This document shows positions 37,979 through 48,131 of a DNA stretch of 64,000 nt, piece by piece. A model generated the notes under the pieces. It was not told where the DNA came from. It did no database searches and saw only the letters and a program-made list of their open reading frames with translations. The translations under genes were made by a program, and so were the position numbers. Origin of the DNA: an uncultured bacterium (GTDB lineage: Bacteria > Patescibacteriota > JACMRA01); NCBI GenBank assembly GCA_963704645.1, contig OY969926.1:256001-320000 (forward strand), written 5' to 3'. Numbering within the stretch: the first letter of the stretch is position 1; every line of letters starts with the position of its first letter.

Positions 37979-38800
37979 ATGAATAAACCAAACTTGGTTA
38001 CTTTAATTATTCCAGCAATGAATGAGGAGAAAAGGATAGAAGCACCTTTAATTTCTTATTTAGACTCTTTCCGAAAAGCTTTTCCAAATAATTTTGAAAT
38101 TTTAGTAGTAATTAACGGTACTACAGATAAAACTTTAGAAGTAATTGAATCAATTCAAACAAATTATAACGAGCTAAAGTATCTAGTTTATCCTGATAGA
38201 ATAGGTAAAGGTGGCGCAATAAAGCAAGGTTATAAACATGCCAACTCAAGCTTAATTGCTTTTACAGATGCAGATGGCTCAACCTCGGCCGAAACCCTAA
38301 TTAGGCTTATAAAAATTTTAGATGTAACACCAAGTTTAGAAGCGGTTATTGGATCAAGAAAAATTCCTGGTGCAGTTGTTTCCAACAGGGTTATTTTTAG
38401 AGAAATTTTTAGTTGGGGCTTTCATATCGGTATAAATTTAGGTTTTAATTTGGGCATAAAAGATACACAATGTGGAGCTAAAGTAGTTAGAAAAACAATG
38501 GTGGAGAAAATTCTACCTTTTCTAAGTATTTCTAACATGGCTTTTGATGTTAATTTATTAGTTGCAATTAAAAACAATCAGGGTGACATTTTAGAAGTTC
38601 CAGTAGAATGGGATGATGATACACAGTCTACAATTAAAAGACCCTTTAAAACAGCTTTTATTATGGCCATGTCAGTTTTTAGGTTGTGGATACTATATTC
38701 TCCATTTAAAAATATAATTTATCCAATTTTTTCACCTTTTATTAGCTTTTACTGGAACAAATTTATAGAGCCAGAACGCAAATTAGAACCTAAAGATTAA
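37979..38800 (+). CDS. GT2 polyprenyl-phosphate glycosyltransferase (ALG5/DPM1-like)
   Basis: Motifs IIPAMNEE, GKGGA, FTDADGS and DTQCGAK. Confidence 0.9.
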   Translation: MNKPNLVTLIIPAMNEEKRIEAPLISYLDSFRKAFPNNFEILVVINGTTDKTLEVIESIQTNYNELKYLVYPDRIGKGGAIKQGYKHANSSLIAFTDADGSTSAETLIRLIKILDVTPSLEAVIGSRKIPGAVVSNRVIFREIFSWGFHIGINLGFNLGIKDTQCGAKVVRKTMVEKILPFLSISNMAFDVNLLVAIKNNQGDILEVPVEWDDDTQSTIKRPFKTAFIMAMSVFRLWILYSPFKNIIYPIFSPFISFYWNKFIEPERKLEPKD

Positions 38801-38818
38801 CCTAAAACTTTCGAAAAT

Positions 38819-39958
38819 ATGAATATACTATTTTTATCTTGGAAAGACATTAAAAACCCTGCCGCTGGAGGGGCAGAATTATTTCACCAAGAAATATCTA
38901 AAAGGTTAGTCTCAGAAGGACATACTGTAACACATTTAGTACCAGGCTATAAAAACAGCCTACAATTTGAAACTGTTGAAGGAGTAAATATACACAGAGT
39001 TGGCAGCTCCACTTTATATTTCTACTGGTTGCCTGTAGTATTTTTTAGAAAATACCGTAAAGAAACAACTGTGTTAGTTGATGTTTTTAATTGTTTTGGC
39101 AGCTTTTTCAACCTTTTTTGGTTCAATCACAAGAAAACAATATTCTTAATTCATCATGTTCAAGATATTTTATGGTTTCATCAAACAGTTTTTCCCGGGC
39201 TTCCAAATTGGTTAGTTCCAATAATTAACTTTTTCGGATATTTCTTAGAGAAAATACAACTTTACCTTTACGCCCTAATTTTTAAAGGAAAAGTTGCAAC
39301 AGTTTCCAACTCTACTTTAAACGAACTTAGTGGGTATGGTTTTGATAGGACTAAAATTAAACTTTTAAGCGAAGGAATAACGGGTGAACCATTAGCTAAA
39401 TTGGAAGATTCACTAAAAAAAGAAGAAGAATTTACAATGCTAACAATTGGCCTGCGTAAAATGAAACAGCCAGAGCATACTTTAAAAGCCTTTAGCATAT
39501 TTCAAAAAGATCATGCCAACAGCAAATTGTGGGTACTAGGCTGGGGAACAGAAGGAGATAAACTTAAAGAATTGACCAAAAGTTTAGGAATAGAAGAAAA
39601 TGTCATTTTCTTTGGAAGAGTTAGTGACCAAAAGAGGGATGAATTAATGCAGAAAGCACATTTACTTGTAACTACACCAATTAAAGAAGGTTGGGGAATT
39701 ATAGTTATAGAAGCCAACGCATTAGGAACACCAGCTCTTGGATACAATGTTCCTGGTTTAAGAGACGCTTTAAGCTTTAATAACGGATGGCTAAGCCAAC
39801 CAAACATAGAAAGTTTAGCGGAAGATATGAAACTTGTGTATAACTTGTGGAAAAATGAACCTAGTAGATACAACACCATAAGAGGAAATGGCTTAAAATC
39901 ATTAAGTACCATTAACTTTGATAAATCTACCGAGCAATTTTTAGAACTTGTAGCATAG
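38819..39958 (+). CDS. GT4 glycosyltransferase
   Basis: Motifs NPAAGGAE and KEGWGIIVIEANALGTP. Confidence 0.92.
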   Translation: MNILFLSWKDIKNPAAGGAELFHQEISKRLVSEGHTVTHLVPGYKNSLQFETVEGVNIHRVGSSTLYFYWLPVVFFRKYRKETTVLVDVFNCFGSFFNLFWFNHKKTIFLIHHVQDILWFHQTVFPGLPNWLVPIINFFGYFLEKIQLYLYALIFKGKVATVSNSTLNELSGYGFDRTKIKLLSEGITGEPLAKLEDSLKKEEEFTMLTIGLRKMKQPEHTLKAFSIFQKDHANSKLWVLGWGTEGDKLKELTKSLGIEENVIFFGRVSDQKRDELMQKAHLLVTTPIKEGWGIIVIEANALGTPALGYNVPGLRDALSFNNGWLSQPNIESLAEDMKLVYNLWKNEPSRYNTIRGNGLKSLSTINFDKSTEQFLELVA

Positions 39959-40098
39959 CTAATTGTTTGTGAAATATACACTAAAGATGTGGTGATTGGT
40001 AGTTTGTTTTACCATATTCACATCATTCTAGAGCCTTAAACAAGCTCTCAAGTCAGTTTACTACAGCTCAAGCGATCTACTATACTAAATCACACCTT

Positions 40099-41085
40099 CT
40101 ACTCAGCGAATAACCAGCATAAACCTACAATTTTTATATTATTTTTAGTACAATTAAACTGTTGGAAATAATTTTGAATAGTAACTGCAGCCTCATTTAT
40201 AGTGGCTCCTGTTGTTGTTACATCATCAATAATTATCCAAAGTGTACTTTTTGAGTTGGCAGTGTTTATTAATTCTTTGGTATTTTGATTTTTGTTATTA
40301 TTTGAGATATTTTTGTTTAGAAAATCTAATTTCTGTATGTTTTGGGTGTTTATTTCAAATGTATTTTGTATGTTTTTCTGTCTTTGTTCTTTAGTTAATT
40401 GGGTTTGTCTTTCAGTATTTTTATTTTTCAATAAAGCTTCCAATAAATGCACATTATTACTTTGATTAGCCTCAAGTCGATTGACGCACAGAGATGGCTT
40501 CAACTCTATGTTTGAGTTGAAATATGAATTTTTGTTTTTATATAGTGTTTTTATTTTTTTGAAGGCCTGCTCGGCTATAATTTTGGGCAAATGAAAGCCT
40601 CTTTGGTTCAGCCTATTAATGTCTGGAGGAATATAAGTTATAATTATTTCTTCATAAAGTAAAAAACTCCTCTGATCTAATAAAGAATACAGGAAAACAC
40701 CAATCTGCTGACCTACTTGCTTAGCTATTACCCACTCCGAGTTAAACTTAGCTTGATGGACAAGCCTCTTCATTACGTCATTTTTGTATAAGGCGGCGTG
40801 TATAACGGGATAGATTTTACTTTCTTCGCTTCTATTAGCTTTTTCATCAAAATCAGGCAAACTAGACTCCATACTTTTCCACAACAAACCAGAATTCCAT
40901 GCAGCACCTTCAAAATAGTTGTGAATAGAATAAGATAGATTAGAATTTTCGATATCAACCTTTCTTTCCCAAGAAGTATACCTGGTAAGACTAAACTGTT
41001 TATCATCTTCAGTTGTTAAATATTGCCCACCCTTAATTTCCTTTGGGAAAACGAAATCCAAAATATAATCTAAAATTTCTTCCAC
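40099..41085 (-). CDS. comF: ComF family phosphoribosyltransferase-like competence protein
   Basis: Motifs LDFVFP, RGF, Q..L...R..N and IIDDVTTTGAT. Confidence 0.85.
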   Translation of the reverse strand: MEEILDYILDFVFPKEIKGGQYLTTEDDKQFSLTRYTSWERKVDIENSNLSYSIHNYFEGAAWNSGLLWKSMESSLPDFDEKANRSEESKIYPVIHAALYKNDVMKRLVHQAKFNSEWVIAKQVGQQIGVFLYSLLDQRSFLLYEEIIITYIPPDINRLNQRGFHLPKIIAEQAFKKIKTLYKNKNSYFNSNIELKPSLCVNRLEANQSNNVHLLEALLKNKNTERQTQLTKEQRQKNIQNTFEINTQNIQKLDFLNKNISNNNKNQNTKELINTANSKSTLWIIIDDVTTTGATINEAAVTIQNYFQQFNCTKNNIKIVGLCWLFAE

Positions 41086-41160
41086 TTTTAAACACTATAT
41101 AAGATGCCTGCATTAGACTAGCGGAAACTATGTTCATTTATTGGACAAGCCTCATTAACA

Positions 41161-42243
41161 CTAGTAAATCTTCCTAGGTAAAAACGCTTTTTTCGGCCTA
41201 AAATCTGATGGCAAACCTCTAATTTCTATCAAATCCACAGCCCCACCAATACGTTTGAAAATGTTGTAGAAATTAAGCTGCGAACCTGGAGTGTAAATAT
41301 ACATTGCACAGGTAATTCCATTTTCTAGCTTAATACTTTGCCCTTGTATTGTAACAGTATTGCCAACCTGAAATTGCCCTCCAGCACCAATAAAAGCGTA
41401 AGTTCCACCTACTTTACACTGCTCACTTCTTAACCTTAGCAACCTAACCGCATAGTAAAGTTGTTTGTAAAAACCTTTAAAATATTTCCAGTCAGGGTTT
41501 TCTGGACTTCCAGTGTATAAATCGTCTTTATCATAACAAGATCTGGCTATGGCTGCCTCTCTTTCAGCAAAATTTGTGCTTGTTGCTTTAGGAATATCTC
41601 TACACATATAACCTACAGCCCTATCTAGACGATATTGCAAGGTATTGATGCTGTTAAAAGTTCCGGGCTTACCGTATGGACAAGCACTGTTTATATCTGC
41701 ATCTGGCATAGCACAAGGCCCTGTAACTAAACTATTTTCTTTATCTAAAAATGCTAAGATAAAAGCAGGGTTCATGGGTAAGATTCTGTTGTTTATACAC
41801 AATCCTTCATAACCCATATGACAACCATTTCCCATATCTTCACGAGTTAGTTTCCAAATAAACTCTGCAGCGCTTATAGTTTGCCCTGTAATTGGCCCAG
41901 CAGTAAATTTTGGCTGCAAGTATGTAGGTAGATAAGAAAAAGTACTGGTTTGAATTAAAACATCATCTGGTTGCAAACCAATTACAACACGGTAAGTAGC
42001 TAAAATTGAGTTGTTTGCTTCTAAATACTTTTGAATTTTTTCTGCAGAGCTAAAACGTAATGGTAAAGAATAAAAATCTTGGTCTGTAAGAACCATGCCA
42101 GGATTGTAAGTTTCAGGTAAAGCTTTAGCTACAGGAGTATATAAAATACCTAAATTAGTTAAAATAAATAATGTTAGGGTAATTAGAACAAAACTTGTGG
42201 AAAAGTATTGGAAAAATTTGGGGTAGTGTTTGTAAAACATCAT
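41161..42243 (-). CDS. Secreted Cys-rich hypothetical protein, possible lysozyme-like fold
   Basis: Signal peptide ending AKA; motifs MNPAFILAFLDKENSLV, AVGYMC and MYIYTP. Confidence 0.55.
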   Translation of the reverse strand: MMFYKHYPKFFQYFSTSFVLITLTLFILTNLGILYTPVAKALPETYNPGMVLTDQDFYSLPLRFSSAEKIQKYLEANNSILATYRVVIGLQPDDVLIQTSTFSYLPTYLQPKFTAGPITGQTISAAEFIWKLTREDMGNGCHMGYEGLCINNRILPMNPAFILAFLDKENSLVTGPCAMPDADINSACPYGKPGTFNSINTLQYRLDRAVGYMCRDIPKATSTNFAEREAAIARSCYDKDDLYTGSPENPDWKYFKGFYKQLYYAVRLLRLRSEQCKVGGTYAFIGAGGQFQVGNTVTIQGQSIKLENGITCAMYIYTPGSQLNFYNIFKRIGGAVDLIEIRGLPSDFRPKKAFLPRKIY

Positions 42244-42638
42244 AAAAATTTGGGATAAGTTTTAAGTATATTTTCTCAACTAAAGAAAGCCAATAAGCTG
42301 TTAGTAAACTATCAACAATTTATTTAGCCAACTTTCCTTTATCAATCAGCAAATTACACTTGTCCACAGGTTTTGTCAACATTACTATTAAAGTTATTTT
42401 ATATATATTAAAGGGCTCTTGAATCAAATTTAACAGAAATTTAAGAAACTATTAAAATATTAATTTTCCATTTAAAAAAAGATTTATTTGAATTAAAACT
42501 ATAAATTTAAACTTTAATATATTCTAAAATAATTTAAAATCATGAAATATTTATTATATCTAAATCTCATAAAAAATATGCAAACGTACATTTGAAACTA
42601 TTTTTGACTTTAGTTGTTTTATAGGGTAAAATAGCCTT

Positions 42639-45600
42639 GTGAACGAAGATCAAGATAATCAGAAAGTTACCCCTGCAACAGGTGGGTACAGTTTTGATGT
42701 TTTCCAAGATGCTGCAGATAGTTGGAATGGAAAGATAAATGGTTTCGAGGATGCAGTATTTGCCGTAGGTAAAAAATATAATTTGTTCGATTACAAAGGT
42801 GGTGAAATAGATAATTTTCCTTATGTTTACAATCAATTAATACAAGGAATTTACAAGCTTGGTGATAACCCTTATGTGGAAAAAATTGTTGAAAAATTAG
42901 TAGGAAATGCAGAACGATTTGTTCCTAAAAAGGAATATGAAAATTTAGAAATTGAGCAAAGAGGTAGTGGTGCAGCAATGATAGATAGTGCTATAGAACA
43001 ATCATTTAAAGATAATAATATACCTGGTGATGGCTTCCAAAGTATAGTAAGGGATAAACTTGAAATTAAGTTAGCTAAAGATTTACCACAAAACAAAACC
43101 CAAGATACAGTTACAACTCCACCTGTAAACAATAATCAGGAAGATGATAGACGAAAAAAGGAAGAGGAGGAAGAACAAAAAGATGATGAATCTAAGGAGG
43201 GCAAGAATAAAGACAAAAACAAGAAAGATGATGAACAGCCAACCGAAGATGGAGACGGTAGAACTGAACACAAGCCTAATAAGAATGAATTTGAGGATGA
43301 TACTGAAGATGATATTCGCTATAAAAAAGAAAAGCTTGAAAAAGGTAAAACAGATCAGCAAGATAAGGCAGAAGGGCAGGATTATGATCCAGATGATATT
43401 AAAGACGGAAATCCAAAAAAATCTACAAAAGATGTAGAAGATTCTGATAATCAGCCTGAAGATGAGGAAAATAATTTAGAAAAACAAGAAGGTGATCAAA
43501 AACAACCTTCAGAAAGTAAGGAGGAGCAATCTTCTGAAAATGAGGAAAGTTCTAATTCTGATGGAGGTAGAAAACAAAAAGAGGGTGATAAAACTGATGG
43601 GAAAGATTCAAAAGATAGTAAAGAAGGATCAGAAAAAACTGGCGACAAAACTTCAGAGGGTAAAACTGGTTCAGAGCAAGGCGGAGAAACCGGAAAACCT
43701 GCTGATCAACAATCAAGTCCTAAAGAAAGTAGCAGATCTGCTGATAAAAATTTAGATTCTGCTGGAAAAAATGAAGCTCCGTCACAATCAAAATTAGGCG
43801 AGACACAACAACCTCCGTCTACTTCACAGTTAAAACCAGGTGAAGTTCCTACAAGTTCCAATGGGCTACCTCAAAATGCAACTCCAACCCCAGAGTCATT
43901 ACCAAGTTCAGGAAATTTGCCTGGTAATACAAAACCAGGATTGCAAACACCTCCTTCAAAGCTAACATCTCAAGGAGGAATTCAACCTACCTCGGTTCAA
44001 CAACCTTTAAATTTACCTAAAGTTACAAAGTTACCAAAGCAGGGAGGAATTAATACTTTAGGTAGAGGTGGTGGTAGAATCGCACAAAATAGAATACCTG
44101 AAATAACAAAAGCTTTGAAACCAGTAGCTAAAACTGGTGCTAATGCAGCTTCAAAAGTTGGAAGTCAAGCTGCTAAAGCTGGTGCACAATTATTAGCCAG
44201 AGCCGGTCAGGCGGTTGTAAGTTTAATATCACAAGCAGTTGCTGCATTAGCTTCATTAGGTGCTCCACTGATAATAGTTATAGTAATAATAGCTATAATT
44301 ATTGGCTTTATGTTTATGGTTGTTGTGTTTTCGGCTTGTCCTGGCATTAACCCAGCTGCTCAAAAAACTACAGAAATTGTAGGAGCAGACAAAATGAAAT
44401 TTAATGAAAAATTAGGTGATAAATGCAAGCCTGCAAAAACCAGTAGTGATCCTTGTAGTTATAATAAAAGTTCAGCTACAAGCACTCTTTGTTTGCAAAA
44501 AGATTTACAAGGGAAAAATGCTCAAGACAGAGTTGCGCTTTGGAGAGGTAATGGTGGAGTATTAAGTCAAGATGGGAATATGAGTGTAGGAATTATTAGA
44601 GAGGTTATTGCCGCTGGTACTGAAGCAGGTGTTTCAGCTGAAACTATAGCATTTGTACTTTCGGTAGCTCCAACAGAGACAGGTGCTAACTCTAATCCTT
44701 GGGGCGTTCGTGGGGGTGCGGGCAATGCTTTTCTTGGTATTGCTCAGGTTGGAGAAAATCCAGAGCTTGTAGTATGGGGAAATAGGGCACTGGGAAGATC
44801 TGTCAGTGCAAGTGAATTTTTAAGTAGTCCTCCAATTCAAATGAAAGTTATTGAAGAGGGATTAAAAGAAAAGATAAGTTTTCAGTGTGCTCCTGGTAAA
44901 AAGTCTGATATATACGAAGGTGCTTATGCTTGGTTAACATGCGCAGGTGCTGATCAAAATAAAACTACCTCAGATTCATACGCAGAAGCTGCAGAAAGAA
45001 ACTATAAAATAATTACTTGTGGAGGTGCTAATGATATACCTTCTATACCTAGCAACAATGCCAAACTTGAACAATTAGAAAGTCAAAATTTCCTAGCTTT
45101 TAATCCATTCGGAAGTGTAGGAGTTCAAGCTCAAAGCGGTTTACCTTTAGACGCTTGGCTACCCCCTGGAAATTCTTATGATATTGAAGATTCTGGTTTT
45201 AGAAGCACCAAGAGACTGTCTCAGTTGGATGGTTCTGGAGGTATAGATTTTACTTTAGCCCCACCAGGCAAGCAATATGAAGAGTCTAGGAATGCCCCAA
45301 TAGTTTCTCATTTACCAGGGCAAGTAATTTTTATAGATAATCCTGGTCCAGCCACAACCGATTACGGTAGTTATGGAAATGTAGTAGGTGTTTATTACCC
45401 AGGTATTAATAAAACAGCTGTGTATTCTCATTTGGAAAGTATTAATGTTAAAGTGGGCGATGCCGTTTCTCCAGGTTCTTTATTAGGTAAACAAGGCTCT
45501 TCAGGAAGCAGTAGAGGCGCTACTCCTGATGGTACATATATTCATATAGATTTAAGATTGGTTGAAGGGAATGCTACAAATTCCCAGTTAAATGCTAGTT

Positions 45601-46262
45601 CTGCCACGCAAACTGTTGAAAAAACCAAAGGTGCTGCTTCAGCATTGAATGATTATTCAGATTTTATGGTGGGAATGCTTACCTATTACAGTGCTAATTC
45701 AGATAAAATACTTGCCAACAACTTTTCAGCAACTTCTATTGCTTCAACTTCTGGTAACCCTTGCCCAGATGGAACAACTCCAACTGGTATAAATACTACA
45801 GAAGTATCGAAAGAAAAAGGAAGTGCAACCTTATTAGAAATTGCCAGAAGAAATTCAGCTGGCAAAGACCCAGATAGTCGATGTTGGTTTCATGTTGCAA
45901 ACTATATTGTTGAAGCTGGTGGTTTTGGGTTAGTAGATGGAACTGCTAATTTCCCATTAACTCAAGCTGCTATAAACGGTTCAGGTCCTTTTGGTAGTTT
46001 AAATGAAGAATCAGCCACTACTCAAGGTTTATATTGGAACGAACATTTGGCAGAACTTGGTTTAAGAAACTTGGTTAATGATAACCCCAGCTATAGCCCA
46101 TATAATGCTCCAGCAGGTTCAATTGTGGTAGTTGCTGCAGGTTATGGTAGAAGCACTAATCCTGCTGGAGATATAGCTGTTGCAGATGGCCAGGGTAATT
46201 TTTATAATGGAGGTGAAATGCCGTACGGTGGGCCGAAACATGGAAAAATGGTTATTCTATAA
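42639..46262 (+). CDS. Membrane-anchored multidomain peptidoglycan-hydrolase-like protein containing an M23 domain; probably extends to 46333 via a frameshift
   Basis: Acidic low-complexity N-terminus and a TM helix, then a lysozyme-like segment (TETG...GIAQV) and M23 motifs GIDF, YGN, YSHL, VKVGD.V..G.LLG and HID. Confidence 0.8.
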   Translation: MNEDQDNQKVTPATGGYSFDVFQDAADSWNGKINGFEDAVFAVGKKYNLFDYKGGEIDNFPYVYNQLIQGIYKLGDNPYVEKIVEKLVGNAERFVPKKEYENLEIEQRGSGAAMIDSAIEQSFKDNNIPGDGFQSIVRDKLEIKLAKDLPQNKTQDTVTTPPVNNNQEDDRRKKEEEEEQKDDESKEGKNKDKNKKDDEQPTEDGDGRTEHKPNKNEFEDDTEDDIRYKKEKLEKGKTDQQDKAEGQDYDPDDIKDGNPKKSTKDVEDSDNQPEDEENNLEKQEGDQKQPSESKEEQSSENEESSNSDGGRKQKEGDKTDGKDSKDSKEGSEKTGDKTSEGKTGSEQGGETGKPADQQSSPKESSRSADKNLDSAGKNEAPSQSKLGETQQPPSTSQLKPGEVPTSSNGLPQNATPTPESLPSSGNLPGNTKPGLQTPPSKLTSQGGIQPTSVQQPLNLPKVTKLPKQGGINTLGRGGGRIAQNRIPEITKALKPVAKTGANAASKVGSQAAKAGAQLLARAGQAVVSLISQAVAALASLGAPLIIVIVIIAIIIGFMFMVVVFSACPGINPAAQKTTEIVGADKMKFNEKLGDKCKPAKTSSDPCSYNKSSATSTLCLQKDLQGKNAQDRVALWRGNGGVLSQDGNMSVGIIREVIAAGTEAGVSAETIAFVLSVAPTETGANSNPWGVRGGAGNAFLGIAQVGENPELVVWGNRALGRSVSASEFLSSPPIQMKVIEEGLKEKISFQCAPGKKSDIYEGAYAWLTCAGADQNKTTSDSYAEAAERNYKIITCGGANDIPSIPSNNAKLEQLESQNFLAFNPFGSVGVQAQSGLPLDAWLPPGNSYDIEDSGFRSTKRLSQLDGSGGIDFTLAPPGKQYEESRNAPIVSHLPGQVIFIDNPGPATTDYGSYGNVVGVYYPGINKTAVYSHLESINVKVGDAVSPGSLLGKQGSSGSSRGATPDGTYIHIDLRLVEGNATNSQLNASSATQTVEKTKGAASALNDYSDFMVGMLTYYSANSDKILANNFSATSIASTSGNPCPDGTTPTGINTTEVSKEKGSATLLEIARRNSAGKDPDSRCWFHVANYIVEAGGFGLVDGTANFPLTQAAINGSGPFGSLNEESATTQGLYWNEHLAELGLRNLVNDNPSYSPYNAPAGSIVVVAAGYGRSTNPAGDIAVADGQGNFYNGGEMPYGGPKHGKMVIL

Positions 46263-46316
46263 AAGGTGCTGGCCCTGGTACACCAATAGTTGGTAGTGGT
46301 AAATTAATTGGTATTT

Positions 46317-47048
46317 ATGTTCCTGCTAAATAAATTCTATATTCCAAAATGGCTTTTAGCTGCTTTTACAATTCTAGTTGTGGTGCTAGTTGTGCTAATT
46401 TACTATTTTTTTACTCAAGGAAATTCATCACAAGGCAGTGTGGTAAACTCTACATCAAATAATCCTTCCAGATTTAGTAACGAAGTAGAGCAAAAGTACA
46501 TAGACGCGGTAGAAAAAGTTAAGCCACCAAGTCAGATAGAAGTTAACAGCTATAAAGTTTTAGATTTTGCTGATGGAAAACAACTCCTTTCTATACCCAA
46601 AGAATTAGTTACTAGAGAGCCTTTTGCAACAGCTTATAATAAAGCTGCACTACCAAAAAGCTTACTTAGAAATAAGCTATTATTTATTTACAACCCTAGT
46701 TTGGATGAAGTAATTTTTACAACTATTAATCTAGTAAATTTAAATACAGTTCTAGTTGAAAACAAAGAATATTGGGTATTTTCTGTTGCTGAAATTGATG
46801 GAAGCGAAAGGGTTTATTATTCTTTACCTAATTTTGGAAGACAAAGAGTTGTAAAAGAACTTCAAGCTTATCCCATTACTGAATTTAAAAAACTTAATTC
46901 AACCAACTTACAAATAACTGTGAACACAGCTCAAAGAGGTGAAAGGTTAATAAAATACAATATTGATTTTACAAATATTCAGTTTACAACAAGCACTGTA
47001 GATGCAGAATTTACAGATAAGCCTCCTGTGGTAACTGTTATTAAATAG
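46317..47048 (+). CDS. Membrane-anchored hypothetical protein
   Basis: N-terminal TM helix; start taken as ATG 46317. Confidence 0.7.
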   Translation: MFLLNKFYIPKWLLAAFTILVVVLVVLIYYFFTQGNSSQGSVVNSTSNNPSRFSNEVEQKYIDAVEKVKPPSQIEVNSYKVLDFADGKQLLSIPKELVTREPFATAYNKAALPKSLLRNKLLFIYNPSLDEVIFTTINLVNLNTVLVENKEYWVFSVAEIDGSERVYYSLPNFGRQRVVKELQAYPITEFKKLNSTNLQITVNTAQRGERLIKYNIDFTNIQFTTSTVDAEFTDKPPVVTVIK

Positions 47049-47061
47049 AAAACAATTCTAA

Positions 47062-47904
47062 ATGGACAAAAACTTTATTAAAAAGCCGAAAGTTTCTACA
47101 AATTCTGTTAGAATTTACCACAATAAGTGGAAAACAGCCTTAATATATTTTGGTGTGTTGTTAGCTTTTGCTTTGGGTTTTAGTTTAAATTATTTATGGT
47201 TAAATAGGCAAATTATTGACCCAGCCGATACAAATTGGTTTAATAGCAGTATTTCCAGTTTAAATAAAATTTCCAGCCAAAATATTACTAATTCTATAGA
47301 CGGATTTTTAACTTTACAGCTTACCAAACCAGAAGAAATAGAGTCTTTTAGTATTGCTAAGTTTGCTAATCAAGATCAAATCTTATCTGTGTATGACATG
47401 GAAGATACCAATATTTTATTTTTGAAACAACTTTTTCCAGATACAGCTAATTTACCTAAAACTCAGCAAAAGATTTTTTATTTCGAAGCTGGTACTAGGC
47501 AAGTTAAATTGCTAGAAACAAATTGGTTGGGTTCAGAAAGTTTTAAAATACAAAATGTTCAAGAATATAAAGAAAAATATTGGGTAATATTAGAATCAAA
47601 CCGAATTATTATTTCTGAACCATTTTTTGCTAATCCAAAATCTGTGGTTATTTTAGATAAAACAAAATCTTTTGGTAGCGGAGAAAAAGAGTTAGTTGTT
47701 TCATCCATTGAAAGTGTAGTGCAGGAAAAAGTGTGTTTAAATTTAGTTGCTCCTAGTTCTGTAGATATTTCAATAAAAAATGAGGGTAATCAGAGCCTTA
47801 ATAGCATGTCTCACTCTGCAGATGATACAAAAAATCAAGGTCTAGGTTTGTTGGTTCAGTGTTATACTTTTGATGTAAATGGAAGTTATGAGGTTGTAGT
47901 TTAA
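47062..47904 (+). CDS. Membrane-anchored hypothetical protein
   Basis: N-terminal TM helix; 13 bp downstream of the previous gene. Confidence 0.7.
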   Translation: MDKNFIKKPKVSTNSVRIYHNKWKTALIYFGVLLAFALGFSLNYLWLNRQIIDPADTNWFNSSISSLNKISSQNITNSIDGFLTLQLTKPEEIESFSIAKFANQDQILSVYDMEDTNILFLKQLFPDTANLPKTQQKIFYFEAGTRQVKLLETNWLGSESFKIQNVQEYKEKYWVILESNRIIISEPFFANPKSVVILDKTKSFGSGEKELVVSSIESVVQEKVCLNLVAPSSVDISIKNEGNQSLNSMSHSADDTKNQGLGLLVQCYTFDVNGSYEVVV

Positions 47905-48076
47905 GAATGAGTAAAGATTATTTATTAATGCTTTTTATTTAGTTGCTCTTTGATATAAGGTTTCATGTAGCGAATTAAACGTATCTATATATTTGTAAGC
48001 TTAAATTTTCCAGTACTTATTTAACTTAATTTTGGACTTGATATTAAATCATCAATTTAGTTATATTCTCCTGCTT

Positions 48077-48103
48077 AGACCTTGAAACAAGTTCAGGGTG
48101 TCA
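48077..48103. repeat. REP-like palindrome, copy 1
   Basis: Shares TGAAACAAGTTCAGGG with 52471-52496. Confidence 0.6.
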
Positions 48104-48131
48104 GTATCAAAATTTTGTGTGCATCTCTTTA

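Noticed and set aside
40020-40085. Further degenerate repeat relics here and at ~58545-58575 and ~63860-63945
   Set aside because: The resemblance to palindromic repeat families is too weak to support without a genome-wide search.
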